Positions 1 through 12,199 of a stretch of DNA of 64,000 nucleotides are shown here, piece after piece. The translations under genes were made by a program, and so were the position numbers. Numbering within the stretch: the first letter of the stretch is position 1; every line of letters begins with the position of its first letter. Under the pieces are notes generated by a model that did no database searches, was not told where the DNA came from, and was given only the letters and a program-made list of their open reading frames with translations. The DNA is from Heterodontus francisci (Eukaryota), in the NCBI RefSeq assembly GCF_036365525.1, contig NC_090401.1:31393036-31457035 (forward strand), written 5' to 3'.

Positions 1-221
1 CAGCTTATCAGTGGTAGGAAAAATAATTGAATCCTTATGAAAGGAGAGAACAGAAGAACATCTAGAAAAGAAAACTAAACAATGAATAGTCAACATGAAT
101 TTCAAAAGGGAAATCTTGCTTGACTGACATTGAATTTTTTTTTAGGTGGTAACAGAAAGAGTAGACAATGATAATGCAGTCAATGTCATTTATTTGGATT
201 TTCAAAAGGCATTTGACAAGG

Positions 222-746
222 GTAATGGAGACATGGATTCGAATCCCACTATGGCAGATGGTGAAATTTGAATTCAATTCATAAAAATCTAGAATTAAAA
301 GCTAGTCTAATGATGGCCATGAAACCATTGTCGATTGTTGTAGAAACCCATCTGCTACTGTAACGTCCTTTGGGGAAGGAAATCTGCCGTCCTTACCTTG
401 TCTGGCCTACATGTGACTCCAGACCCATAGCAATGTGGTTGACTTTTAAATGCCCACTCAAATAGCCTAGCAAGCCACTCATTTGTATTAAACCGCTACA
501 AAGTGTAAGAAAAGGAATGAAACCGGACTGACCACCCGGCATCGACCTTGGCACTGGAAACAACCAACTTCCTTCACTGTCGCTGAGTCAAAATCCTGGA
601 ACTCCCTTCCTAACAGTACTGTGGGTGTAGCTACACCCCAAAGACTGCAACGGTTCAAGAAGGCAGCTCACAACCACTTTGACAAGGGATGGGCAATAAA
701 TGCTGGCCCAGCTAGCGACACCCACAACCCATGAATGAATAAAAAT
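222..746 (+). mobile_element. Non-autonomous SINE-like element: tRNA-like head remnant, body, and 3' tail of LINE family B
   Basis: B-box-like gattcgaatccca near the 5' end; body homologous to 16280-16620; last ~180 nt match the family-B 3' end (gggatgggcaataaatgctggcc...catgaatgaataaaaa). Confidence 0.75.
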
Positions 747-1771
747 AGGTGCCCCATAATAGACGAATGAATAAGGTCAGAGATCATGAGGTCAGGGGAC
801 AAATGGCAAAATGGATTGCTAGCTGGCTTCAAGACAGAAAGCAGGGGGTAGGAGTAAAGGGTAGTTATTCAGAGTGTTAGAAGGTGAGAAGTGGTGTTCC
901 ACAAGGATCAGTACTGGGACCACTGCTGTTCACAATTTACATTTATGATTTGGACTTTGGAATCAAAAACACAATTTCTAAATTTGCAGATGACAACAAA
1001 TTGCGGGGGATAGTCAATACTGAGGGGGACTGCAACAAATTACAGAAGGACATATATAAACTTGCAGACCGGGCAAATATTTGGCAAATGAAGTTCATCA
1101 CAGATAAATGTGAGGTAGTACATTTTGTTAGGAAGACTAGGGAGGTCATTTATTACTTCGAAGGTGCGAGTCTAGGTGGGGTAAATGAACAAAGGAATCA
1201 CTAAAAGGTGCCTCACAGGTTAGCAAGACCATAAAAGAAGAGCACCAGATTTATTTCAGGAGGGATAGAATTTAAAAGTAGTAAAGTTATGCTAAATCTG
1301 TATTGAACCTTGGTTAGATCACACAGAGTACTATGTGCAGTTCTGGTCGCCATTATAAAAAAGGATATAGAGGCACTGAAGAGGGTGCAGAGAGGATTTA
1401 CAGAGATGATACCAGAAATGTGTGGGTATACATATCAGGAAAGGGTGAACAGGCTGGGTCTCTTTTCTCTTGAAAAAAGGCTGAGGGGTGACCTAATAGA
1501 GGTCTTTAAAATTATGAAAGTTTTGATAGAGTGGCTACAGAGAGAATATTTCCAATTGTGGGGAAGACCATAACTAGAGGCCATCAATATAGATAATCAC
1601 CAAGAAATCCAGTAGGGAATTCAGAAGAAACCTCTTTACCAACGAGTGGTGAGAACGTGGAACTCGGTACCATAGGGAGTGGTTGAAGTGACTAGTATAG
1701 ATGCATTTAGACAAGCATATGAGGGAACAGGGAACTGAAGGTTACAATGTTAGATATAGATGAGGAAAGTT

Positions 1772-1790
1772 GGGGGGGGGGGGGGGGGGG
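1772..1790 (+). repeat. G19 homopolymer in the CR1 3' UTR
   Basis: 19 consecutive G. Confidence 0.95.
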
Positions 1791-4021
1791 AGGCTCGAGT
1801 GGCGCATAAACACCAGCATGGACTGGTTTGGCCAAATGGCCTGTTTCTGTGCTGTATATCCCATGTAATCTTATGCAGGTGTCCACTAATGACCTATCTA
1901 CAGATGTGAACAATCTGAAATGAAATCTTGCTTCTGACATTTCACCTCTCCCCATGTCAGGGGGTTTCTGAAGGAACTGTACCTCATTTCCAACTTGCTG
2001 TCTACTATTTTAAAAAGGACCAATGACTCTGAAAAATATCCTGAGACACTGATCCATAATTCAATTCTAATTAATATGCACAAATGGAAGGGAAAATAAT
2101 CCAGAAAACTAGCAAGTAAAACCTTTACAATATTATCGATGGAAAACTGGCTGAAAATGTTGCAATCGATACCATAGAGGAGAAGAGAACTCTTTTTATG
2201 CAGTGAGTTGTTCTGAATGGGTGGCGAAAGCAGATTCAATAATAACTTTCAGTCAAGAATTGGACATATATATGAAGCTATGATTTGATCTTACTGACCA
2301 GACAGATAGATTACATTGCATTTAAACATTATACATTGATGTTGCCTGCAAAATGAGAACATGGGCAGTAAGTATTTCATCACATCTGTCTTACAACGAG
2401 GCACATCTATTCTGCTGCTTTGTTCAAAGAAATGCTGGTTATATGAAAGTTCCCAATGTTAACCTCAAAATCGAATCAGAAGACAAAGAAACAATTGAGG
2501 AAGTAATTCATACTCAGAGTTGTGAATATACAGCAGTCAAAAGGTTAATGGCTAAAGCAATGGATAGTCAAACAGATTTGATTTAAACTTTCAGGAGTGC
2601 AGTGATTTGTTAAACTCTATTAATTTCTGAGCAACCTAACTTTCCTCGACCTGTTAGTGGAAAAGCATTTGCAATCACTCCAAACAGATTTAATGTTTTT
2701 GTTAATCTTTCTGATACTAAAATAAAGTGTGATCAGCAGCAGCTGCTCTGTAAGGGCTTCTCCCTTGACATGGCACAGATCCCTCCACCCTCTGCTCCAG
2801 TCACCAATACTAAACTTCAAATCTTCCAGCATTTATAATCGAAAGTGAGAGCCTCGCTATTTGTGCAGTAAGACACACCACAAACCGTTAATGTGAAATT
2901 CAGCTGACAAATCTGCAATTCTAACAATGTAGGGCTCCCTCTAGCCAAATTATCTTTTGATCTAAAAGACCTAAAATGCACACAAAATAAAGAATTTCAT
3001 AAACTTACCCTGTGCTCTTTAAACAAATCAGTAGCTGTAAGTTTCAGTGAAAATCACAATGAAATATTGAAATTGAGTGAAAGCCTACACACTCTTAGCT
3101 TGATGCTGCTGCGTGTTGTAGAGGTGGAGCGGCTGAGAGTTGTTCAGGTAATTTTTCCTCTGTCACTTTGGTGTCAGGCAAGTGAATCTAATTGAACAGA
3201 ATTACAGGAAGTTCTCACCTGCAGCTCATACCAATTACACTGTTCCTTCTGATTGGTGCTCACCTGGTATTAATGATAGGAATGGTTCAAGCACTGCAGT
3301 GTCATTAAAAAAAGTCCACTACTCGCCTAGTTGATTTTTTAAAATTTCAGCTTCAGGAAGTGGCAAGTAGAATATGGTTATGAGAAGGTGAAAGCATATA
3401 ATTACCAAGAATGAACAGTATAAAACGGAAAGTAATTCAATAAGGATTAGATTGTCCAATGTATGGGCCAGAAGGACAAGAAACGATAAAGGCCAGCATT
3501 ACGAATGAAAGATTTTGCATATTCCCTGACTCTAAAGTGATTATAAGTTGCCTCAGGCAGTTTTCAATTCTTAGGCTTCACGGCTCAGTATTATTTCTTA
3601 GGCTCATTGTTCTTTATCTTCCTGTTCAATCCTAATCTTTCTCAGGTCGGCAATACAATGGAACTCCATCAATCATCTACTTCAGCTTCCCCTTCTCCCT
3701 ACAATCTTCCATCATTTAAAACTCAAGTTTGGTATTATTTAATCATTACTTCCTGATTTACATTGTCTTTGCCTTTTTTTAAACATTGAGTGTGGCCTTA
3801 ATTCAGCAACTTAATATCTCAATTAAAAACAACATGGTGCATTCCTCCCTCCCTCTGACTGCCTCTTCAGTCTGCTCAAGCTTCTTGTTGGCAGTTTTAC
3901 TTAGCTTAAATCACTATCTTTAGAAATGTCTGGATCAGGTTAAGTCGATGCATTGCCAATATAGTTGTATATGGTACATTGGAGGAAGTGGGATTGGTGG
4001 TTCTTAAGTGCTTACTTAAAT

Positions 4022-4147
4022 AGCACCTGTGGAAGAGCCTGTCACTCTAGAATTGGCCTTTATAGCCACTCCAGGCGCTGCTTCACACACCACTGACCAC
4101 CTCCAGGCGCTTACCCATTGTCTCTCGAGATAAGGAGGCCAAAGAAG
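4022..4147 (+). mobile_element. Very short, young 5'-truncated RTE-clade LINE 3' end with TSD
   Basis: Nearly identical to 26762-26890; direct repeat acttaaatag at 4014-4023 and 4148-4157. Confidence 0.88.
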
Positions 4148-5054
4148 ACTTAAATAGTATTCTTGCCTTCACAATACTGTCCCAGCTTCCCTCGTGCTAT
4201 GAAATTGGTTTATTCTAAATGATTGACTGGGGGATTTGAATCATGCGGAAGTGGAGGTTCCTCCTATCTTTCAATAGGATGGCGTAGCAATCAAAACAAG
4301 AGGCATGTAACAGTCAGGACAGGAACTTGGAAGGACATCAAGGGGCACAATGGACTCAGAGGTACATATGGAGGTGGAGGAAGGTGAGGGGGGAGGAACA
4401 GGAGGTGAAAATTTGGCAACACTTCTTCACAGCATAGTAATCAATGTGCTTCGTGCAAATTGATTCAATCATTGGTCGCTGTAACATTCAATTCCATTCC
4501 TAACCAGACATGTAGGATTTATTTCTATTTTGATTAGGTTTTCTGGATTTCCAGCCTTAGCGAATTCAAGCAGGTTTACTTTTGGGTTGCAGCTGCTTGT
4601 GTGAGACCAGCATGTGAGGTACCAGCTGCACTAATGTGGATATCAATATAAAAACAACTTTAAAAGAAGACAATGGCACCTTCATTTACAATAGCAGACC
4701 TGAGATAGGGTGCCTGCGAGAAACTAAAGTTTAATTTTGTTCAGTAATTGGGCATCGTGGTCAAGTAGCCTGTTGGCATTCACTTAAATGGTCATTTATG
4801 TGAGTTACTGGAGAACTGCAAGCACTCCTGGAACCGTAGGCCTGAAGCTTCGCACAATCACAAGATAGCTTCAGGTGAAAAAGACCTTTTAGTACATTTG
4901 ATTTCACTTTTCCAGAATACCAACCCTACCTACTCCCATTGCAGCATCTTCTGCCTATCTGGAGCATCTGTTTCAGTAATGTCAAAGTTCCAAAGTATAC
5001 ATGAAGGGTTGTATATTGATAGTGCCCTACCTGGTGAAAAAAAATCCTCTATGA

Positions 5055-7282
5055 TGGTGAATGGCTATTCTTCGGATTGGAGGGAAATATAGAGTGGCAT
5101 TCCCCAAGGTAAAGTACGAGCACCACTGCTGTTTTTGGTATGCATTAATGGCTTGGACTTGAGGGTACAGGGTACAATTCCAAAATTGGTATATGACATA
5201 AAACTTGGAAGTCTAGTAAACAATGAGGAGGACAGTAATAGACTACTTCAAGAGAACATAGACAGGCTGGTGGAATGGGCAGACACATGGCAGATGAAAT
5301 TCAATGCAGAAAAATGTGAGATGATATATTTTGCTAGGAAGAATGAGGAGAGGCAATACATACTAAATGGCACAATTTTAAAGGTGTGCAACAACAGAGA
5401 AACCTGAAGGTGTTTGTGTACAAATCTTTGAAGGTGGCAGGGCAGGTTAACAAACCAGTTAATAAAGTATATGGAATCCTGGACTTTATAAGGAGAGGCA
5501 TAGAGTTTTTTTTTATTCATTCATGGGATGTGGGCGTCACTGGCTAGGCCAGCATTTATTGCCCATCCCTAATTGCCCTTGAGAAGGTGGTGGTGAGCTG
5601 CCTTCTTGAACCGCTGCAGTCCATTTGGGGTAGGTATACCCACAGTGCTGTTAGGAAGGGAGTTCCAGGATTTTCACCCAGCGACAGTGAAGGAATGGTG
5701 ATATCGTTCCAAGTCAGGATGGTATGTGACTTGGAGGGGAACTTGCAGGTGTGATGATACCCCCATTTGCTGCCCTTGTCCTTCTAGTTGGTAGAGGTCG
5801 CGGGTTTGGAAGGTGCTGTCTAAGGAGCCTTGGTGCATTGCTGCAGTGTATCTTGTAGATGGTACACACTGCTGCCACTGTCCGTCGCTGGTGGAGGGAG
5901 TGAATGTTTGTAGATGGGGTGCCAATCAAGCGGGCTGCTTTGTCCTGGATGGTGTCAAGCTTCTTGAGTGTTGTTGGAGCTGCACCCATCCAGGCAAGTG
6001 GAGAGTATTCCATCACACTCCTGACTTGTGCCTTGTGGACAGGCTTTGGGGAGTCAGGAGGTGAGTTACTCGCCTCAGGATTCGTAGCCTCTGACCTGCT
6101 CTTGTAGCTGTGGTATTTATATGGCTACTCCAGTTCACTTTCTGGTCAATGATAGCCCCTAGGATGTTGATAGGGGGGGATTCAGCGATGGTAATGCCAT
6201 TGAATGTCAAGGGGAGATGTTTAGGTTCTCTCTTGTTGGAGATGGTCATTGCCTGGCACTTGTGTGGTGTGACTGTTACTTGCCACTTATCAGCCCAAGC
6301 CTGGATATTGTCCAGGTCTTGCTGCATTTCTACACCGACTGCTTCAGTATCTGAGGAGTCACGAATGGTGCTGAACATTGTGCAATCATCAGCGAACATC
6401 CCCACTTCTGATCTTGTGATTGAAGGTAGGTCATTGATGAAGCAACTGAAGATGGTTGGGTCTAGGACACTACCCTGAGGAACTCCGACATCCGATGCTC
6501 AGATGATTGACCTCCAATAACCACAACCATCTTCCTTTGCGCTAGGTATGACTCCAGCCAGCGGATGGTTTTCCCCCCCGATTCCCATTGACCTCAGTTT
6601 TGCTCGGGCTCCTTGATGCCATACCTTGATGTCAAGGGCAATCACTCTCACCTCACCTCTTGAGTTGGCATAGAGTCCAGGAAGTTATGCTAAACCGATA
6701 AAAAGTTTTCCATTTTCCAGCCCCAGCTGGAATTTGGTGTCCAATTCTAGGAGCCACATTTTAGGAAGAATGTGAAGTCTTCGGAGAGGGGACAGAAGAG
6801 ACTTATTGGGATGGTGTTAGGGATGAGGGACTTCAGTTATGTGAATGGGCTGGAAAAGCAGGGATTGTTCATCTTAGAGCAGAGAAGTTTAAGAGGCGAT
6901 TTGATCAAGGTGTTTAAAATCATGAAGCATTTAGATGAGGTAAATAAAGCAAAACTTTCCAATGGCTGAAGGGTTGATAATGAGAAGACACAGATGTAAG
7001 ATGATTGACAAAAGAACCAGAGACGATATGAGGAAAAACTATTTTACACGACGAGTGGTTAGGATTTGGAATGCACTGCCTGATAGGGTGGTGATATAGA
7101 TTGATAGGAGCTTTCAAAAGGGAACTGGATAAATACTTGAAGAAGAAAAAATTTCAGAGATATGGGGAAAGAGTGGGGGAGTGCAACTATAGTAGATTGT
7201 TCTTCAAAAGAGCCGACACAGACTTGATAAACTGAATGGCCTTCTCTCGTGCTACACTGCTCTATGATTCCATAATTCTATG
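5055..7282 (+). mobile_element. CR1-like LINE (family A) RT-3' fragment, split by a family-B LINE
   Basis: ORFs EWADTWQMKFNAEKCE and GLFILEQRSLRGDLIKVFKIMK; 3' tail ending ctatgattccataattctatga; halves join across TSD ggcatagagt. Confidence 0.9.
5507..6666 (-). mobile_element. LINE family B (CR1/L2 group), 5'-truncated, with 10-bp TSD
   Basis: ORFs GMFADDCTMF, QAWADKWQV, MEYSPLAW; 3' end cccatgaatgaataaaaaaaaa; TSD ggcatagagt at 5497-5506 and 6667-6676. Confidence 0.93.
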
Positions 7283-7925
7283 AAGTAGTCATTTAACATT
7301 TTTATTATTTTATATCCCTGTTTCTCTACATAGTGAACTCCATATGGCTCCCTTTGTGTTTTGCTTTCCTCAATGACTTCCCTCTCAGTGTTATAATACT
7401 AGAATTTGTCTTTCATTTTTTGCATATTCTGCTATGCCTCTTTCCCATTCCCTCCTGATAGCCCAATCTTTGTTTTAACCTGCTCCTGCATAACCTTGAA
7501 CTCAGCTCATGGGTCACCCTCACTATTCTTTTTACAAACGTGTTTGCAAGTCTTCCTCTTGTATTAATCTCTTTTAATTTTACTACTGATTGAATTCAGA
7601 TCCATTTTATTTACTTTGCTCCTATTACATTTGGGTGAAATTTGGCTCTGCGTAACCTTTACTGAAGGATGTGTCTCATTTTTACACAAGATCCATTCCT
7701 TCGATTCATTATCTAAGATCACTCCAATGCTCCCTAGTACCCAGGTTATACCTTGAACTGTCCAATATCTAGGTACTTTTAGCAAAACCCATTGACACTG
7801 AATTTCAGCACAAAGCCAAATGAACACGGCAAGAATGAACCATAGATTTGCAATAAATTATATACTTAACTGTGTTGTCCCTATTTATGATGACTTCAGA
7901 CTGACTGCTGAGCCAGGCAAATACT

Positions 7926-9121
7926 TCAACAACAACTTGCATTTATGTGGCAGCTTTATCATAGTAAAATATCGCAGGTCACTTCACAAGGGAGTAATCA
8001 GACAATAATTGACACCAAGCCAAAGAAAGAGACAGGAGGAAAGATTAATTGTATTTGACAAAATTGTATTAATGTTTGTCAAAATTGTAGATTTTAAGCT
8101 GAGCCTTAAAGGAGGAGAGAGAGGTGGACAGGTGAAGAGGACTGGGGAGGAAATTCCAAAGTTTACAGCCCAGACCACAAAAGGCACAGCCACCAATGGT
8201 GGAACAAAGGAAGTGGTGTTGTCAAGAGGCCAGAGTTGGAGCAACGTAGAGATCTTGGAGGATTGTGGAGATGCAGGAGGTTCCAGAGATAGGGTAGGGT
8301 AGGGCATGGAGTGTCTGGAACTCAAGGATGACACTTTTAAAGTCAAGGTATTGGTGGATCTGGAGCCAATGGGCGGCACAGTGGTGCAGTGGTTAGCACC
8401 GCAGCCTCACAGCTCCAGCGACCCGGGTTCAATTCTGGGTACTGCCTGTGTGGAGTTTACAAGTTCTCCCTGTGTCTGCGTGGGTTTTCTCCGGGTGCTC
8501 CGGTTTCCTCCCACAAGCCAAAAGACTTGCAGGTTGGTAGGTAAATTGGCCATTATAAATTGCCCCTAGTATAGGTAGGTGGTAGGGAAATATAGGGACA
8601 GGTGGGGATGTGGTAGGAATATGGGATTAGTGTAGGATTAGTATAAATGGGTGGTTGATGGTTGGCACAGACTCGGTGGGCCGAAGGGTCTGTTTCAGTG
8701 CTGTATCTCTAAACATAAACTAAACTAAACAATGTAGATCAGTGAGCACAGATTGGTGAACAGGACTTAGTGGGAGTTAGGATGTGGGCAATAGAGTTTT
8801 GGATGAGCTCCAAGTTTATGAAGGGTGCAAGGTGGGAGGCTGACCAGGAGTGCATTGAAATAGTTGAATCTAGAGGTAACAAAGATAATGGGATGAGGGT
8901 TTTAGCAGCAGATGAGCTGAGGTAGGAGCATAAACAGGCAATGTTACAGAGGTGGAAGTACATGTCTTGTTGATGGAAAGGATATGTGGTCAGAAGTTCA
9001 GCTCAGGATCAAATAGGAAGCCAAGAATGTGAATGGTGTAGTCCAACCTCAGACAGCAGCCAGGGAGAGGGATGGATTTGGTGGCTCGGGAACGGAGTTT
9101 GTGGCTTGGACCGAAAAGCAT
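7926..9121 (-). mobile_element. L2-type LINE 3' part, decayed; interrupted by a V-SINE; continues at ~11692-11925
   Basis: Minus-strand tail ataaatgcaagttgttgttg; remnants of L2 ORF2 motifs (LSSSAAKTLI, LELIQNSIAHILT). Confidence 0.75.
8371..8730 (+). mobile_element. tRNA-derived V-SINE (HE1-like), copy 1
   Basis: A box gtggtgcagtggttagc, B box ggttcaattc, V-domain gtggagttt...ccgggtgctccggtttcctcccac, CR1-type tail gggccgaagggtctgtttcagtgctgtatctc, (taaac)n end. Confidence 0.93.
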
Positions 9122-9139
9122 GGGCTAAATCTTTGCACT

Positions 9140-11038
9140 CGAGGCACTGGATACTGCAAAGGATATGGGCCTTGACAATATTCCAGCAATGGTACTGAAG
9201 ACTTGTGCTCCAAAACTAGCCGCCTCCCGAGTAAAGCTGTTCCAGTACAGCAACAACACTAGCATCTACCCGGCAATATGGAAATTGCCCAGGTATGTCC
9301 TGTACACAAAAAGGAGGACAAATCCAACCCGGCCAATTACCATCCCATCAGCATACTCCCGATCATCAGCAAAGTGATGGAAGGGGTTGTCAACAGTGCT
9401 ATCAAGCGGCACTTGCTTACCAATAACCTGCTCACTGACGCTCAGTTTGGGTTCCGCCAGGGCCACTCAGCTCCTGAACTCATTACAAACATGGACAAAA
9501 GAGCTGAACTCCAGAGGTGAGGTGAGAGTGACTGCCCTTAGCATCAAGGCAGCATTTGACTGAGTATGGCATCAAGAAACCTTAGCAAAACTGGAGTCAA
9601 TGAGAATCGGGGGAAAACTCTCTGCTGGTTGGAGTCATACCTAGCGCAAAGGAAGTTGGTTATGGTTGTTGGAGGTCAATCATCTCAGTCCCAGGACGTG
9701 ACTGCAGTAGTTCCTCAGGGTAGTGTCCGAGGTCCAACCATCTTCAGCTGCTTCATCAATGACCCTTCCTCTATCATAAGGTCAGAAGTGGGGATGTTTA
9801 CTGATGATTGTACAATGTTCAGCACCATTCGCGACTCCTCAGATACTGAAGCAGCCCATGTCTATATGCAACAAGACCTGGGCAATATCCAGGCTTGGGC
9901 TGATAAATGGCAAGTAACATTCGGGCCACACAAGTGCCAGGCAAGACCATCTCCAACAAGAGATAATCTAACCATCTTCCCTTGACATTCAATGGCATTA
10001 CCATTGCTGAATCCCCCATTATCATCATCCTGGGGGTCACCATTGACCAGAAACTGAACTGTTGTTGCCACAAAAATACTGTGGCTACAAAAGCAGATCA
10101 GAGGCTCGGGAATTCTGCAGCGAGTAACTTACCTCCTGTCTCCTCAATGCCTGTCCACCATCTACAAAGGCACAAGTCAGGAATGTGATGGAATACTCTC
10201 CATTTGCCTGGATGGCTGCAGCTCCAACATCATTCAAGAGGCTCAACACCATCCAGAACAAAGCAGTCCGCTTGATGGACACCCCATCCACCACCTTCAA
10301 CATTCACTCCCTCCACCACAGACGCACAGTTGCAGCAGTGTGTACCATCTACAAGATGCACTGCAGCAGTCACAAAGGCTCTTTGGACAGCACCTTCCAA
10401 ATCCGTGACCTCTATCACCTAGAAGGACAAGGGCAGCAGATGCATGGGAACACCACCACTTGCAAGTTCCCCTCCAAGCCACATGCCATCCTGACTGGGA
10501 ACTATATCGCCGTTACGTCACTGTCGCTGGGTCAAAATCCTGGCAGCACAGTGGTGCAGTGGTTAGCACCGCAGCCTCACAGCTCCAGCAACCCGGGTTC
10601 GATTCTGGGTGCTGCCTGTGCGGAGTTTGCAAGTTCTCCCTGTGACCGTGTGGGTTTTCGCCGGGTGCTCCGGTTTCCTCCCACAGCCAAAGACTTGCAG
10701 GTTGATAGGTAAATTGGCCATTGTAAAATTGCCCCTAGTATAGGTAGGTGGTAGGGGAATTGATGGAAGGTGGGGATGTGGTAGTAATATGGGATTAATG
10801 GAGGATTAGTATAAATGGGTGGTTGATGCTCGGCACAGACTCGGTGGGCCAAGGGCCTGTTTCAGTGCTGTATCTCTAAATAAAAATAAATAAACTTTCT
10901 TCCTAACATCACTGTTAGTGTACCTCTCTCCCAAGGACTGCAGCAACTCAAGAACCACCACGATCTTCTCAAGGGCAATTAGGGATGGGCAGTGAATGCT
11001 GGCCTAGCCCCAACACCCACATCCCCCGAATGAATAAA
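9140..11038 (+). mobile_element. LINE family B RT-3' portion, decayed; interrupted by a V-SINE at 10542-10893
   Basis: ORFs NPANYHPISILPIISKVME, QFGFRQGHS, VPQGSVRGPTIF, MFTDDCTMF; 3' end gaatgaataaa. Confidence 0.92.
10542..10893 (+). mobile_element. V-SINE copy 2
   Basis: Near-identical to copy 1; inserted at caaaatcct|gg in the family-B LINE 3' region. Confidence 0.93.
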
Positions 11039-11039
11039 C

Positions 11040-11693
11040 AAACCTCAAAAATGGGTGATTTAATTTCAGGTCAGTTGTTAAAATTTTAAAAACCTGAAAC
11101 CTGCCTCCAACCTTTCTTCAACCCACCCACTTCGAGGTTTTACAGAAGCAGAAAAAGGGATGGCAGCCAATCTACTCCCAGGACGTGGATTGACAATTTA
11201 AAAATTTCAAGACTCTGGCAGCCTGATTTAACCTGATTTGTAGGTTTTACGGTGGGCAGCCGGGTCCTCCGGAAACCCAGCAGTTGACGGGAGGCAAAGA
11301 CAGCTTCAGGGAGAAATTAAGTGCCTTTATAATACTGCTTGTCGGACAAGAGGAACAGGTGCTTAACCCAGCCACCCCACAGCAGACCCCCACCCATACA
11401 AGGCCCCCAGGGTTGGGGATTGGGGATCGACACCCTCACACCTAAGGCCGGGTATCTGACTTCCCTGGGTTTGGACCCTCTTGCGGTCATGGATCAGACC
11501 TACCTAGTCCTGCGGCCTGCTCTGGAGTCTTCCCCAACCCCACTGGAAGCTAAGCCTGTCAATCCGTCTGACTTCTATGCAGTGAAACCTGTTAGGGCAC
11601 GCTGTAGAGTTAGAACTCCACAGCATGTGGGAAAATTTCCATCCAAAACTCCAACCCCCACCTACATAACCCTTCCCTGTTAATATCTAGACC
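11040..11693. mobile_element. Probable non-autonomous DNA transposon (Harbinger-like); its left end lies at ~9122-9139 and it is split by the family-B LINE
   Basis: Similar to 20290-20510 (aaaaatgggt...aattttaaaaa...cacccactt); ends gggctaaatcttt and taatatctagacc are weakly inverted; interrupts an L2 with a 3-bp cat/aat junction. Confidence 0.45.
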
Positions 11694-11925
11694 AATGGCT
11701 TTGGTTTTCCCCAATATTTACTTGGAGGAATTTTCTGCGCATCCAATACAGGATGCTGGACAAGCAATGTGACAAATCAGAGGCAATGAATGGATCAAAA
11801 GAGGTGGTAGAGAGATAGAGCTGGGTTTCCTCAGGGTACATGTGGAGCCTGGTGTTGTGTTTTCAGCATGTTGATGAGAAGTAGGGGACCAATAACTGTG
11901 CATGTGGCCACAAAAGGCAGTCAGG
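11692..11925 (-). mobile_element. Continuation of the L2 fragment from 7926-9121
   Basis: aatggctttggttttccccaatatttacttggagg continues the L2-like sequence broken at ~9121. Confidence 0.6.
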
Positions 11926-12199
11926 TGGGGCAACTCAAGTATTTTTAAGCCGCAGTCCATTCTATAGCATGTAGCACCTCTAAGACAATCTGTAGCAGAG
12001 CCTCCACTCTCCCCAGCTTCGCAGAGGTTACAGTGCTTACTGCCCATAAGCTTTCATACCAAGGATGTAGTTCACAAAATTACCCACATTTGTTCCCCTA
12101 TATCCTTGTTTTAAAGCAACTTAATGTTTGGTTTCTTATGTAATCTTAATTCTGAAAATTTTAAATGGACAAAAACAATCAGAAGTAGTTGCATGATTA

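Larger units (their letters stand above)
1..1875 (+). mobile_element. CR1-like LINE (family A), RT to 3' end, decayed; interrupted by an insertion at ~222-746
   Basis: ORFs with [41 protein letters not shown]; the KAFDK|VPH motif is split by the insertion; 3' tail ggccaaatggcctgtttctgtgctgtatat. Confidence 0.92.

Noticed and set aside
2353-3250. ORFs 2353..2586 and 2620..2832 and nearby splice-donor-like motifs as exons of a neighbouring gene
   Set aside because: No recognisable protein similarity and no consistent acceptor-donor chain could be built.
8371-8445. tRNA-like sequence with A and B boxes
   Set aside because: It is the head of a SINE, continuous with the V-domain and LINE tail; not a tRNA gene.
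8306-8569. Recurrent small ORFs with TVVQWLAPQPHSS / PPGAPVSSH peptides (also near 10577, 13718, 38830, 41348) suggesting a gene family
   Set aside because: They are incidental translations of V-SINE copies.
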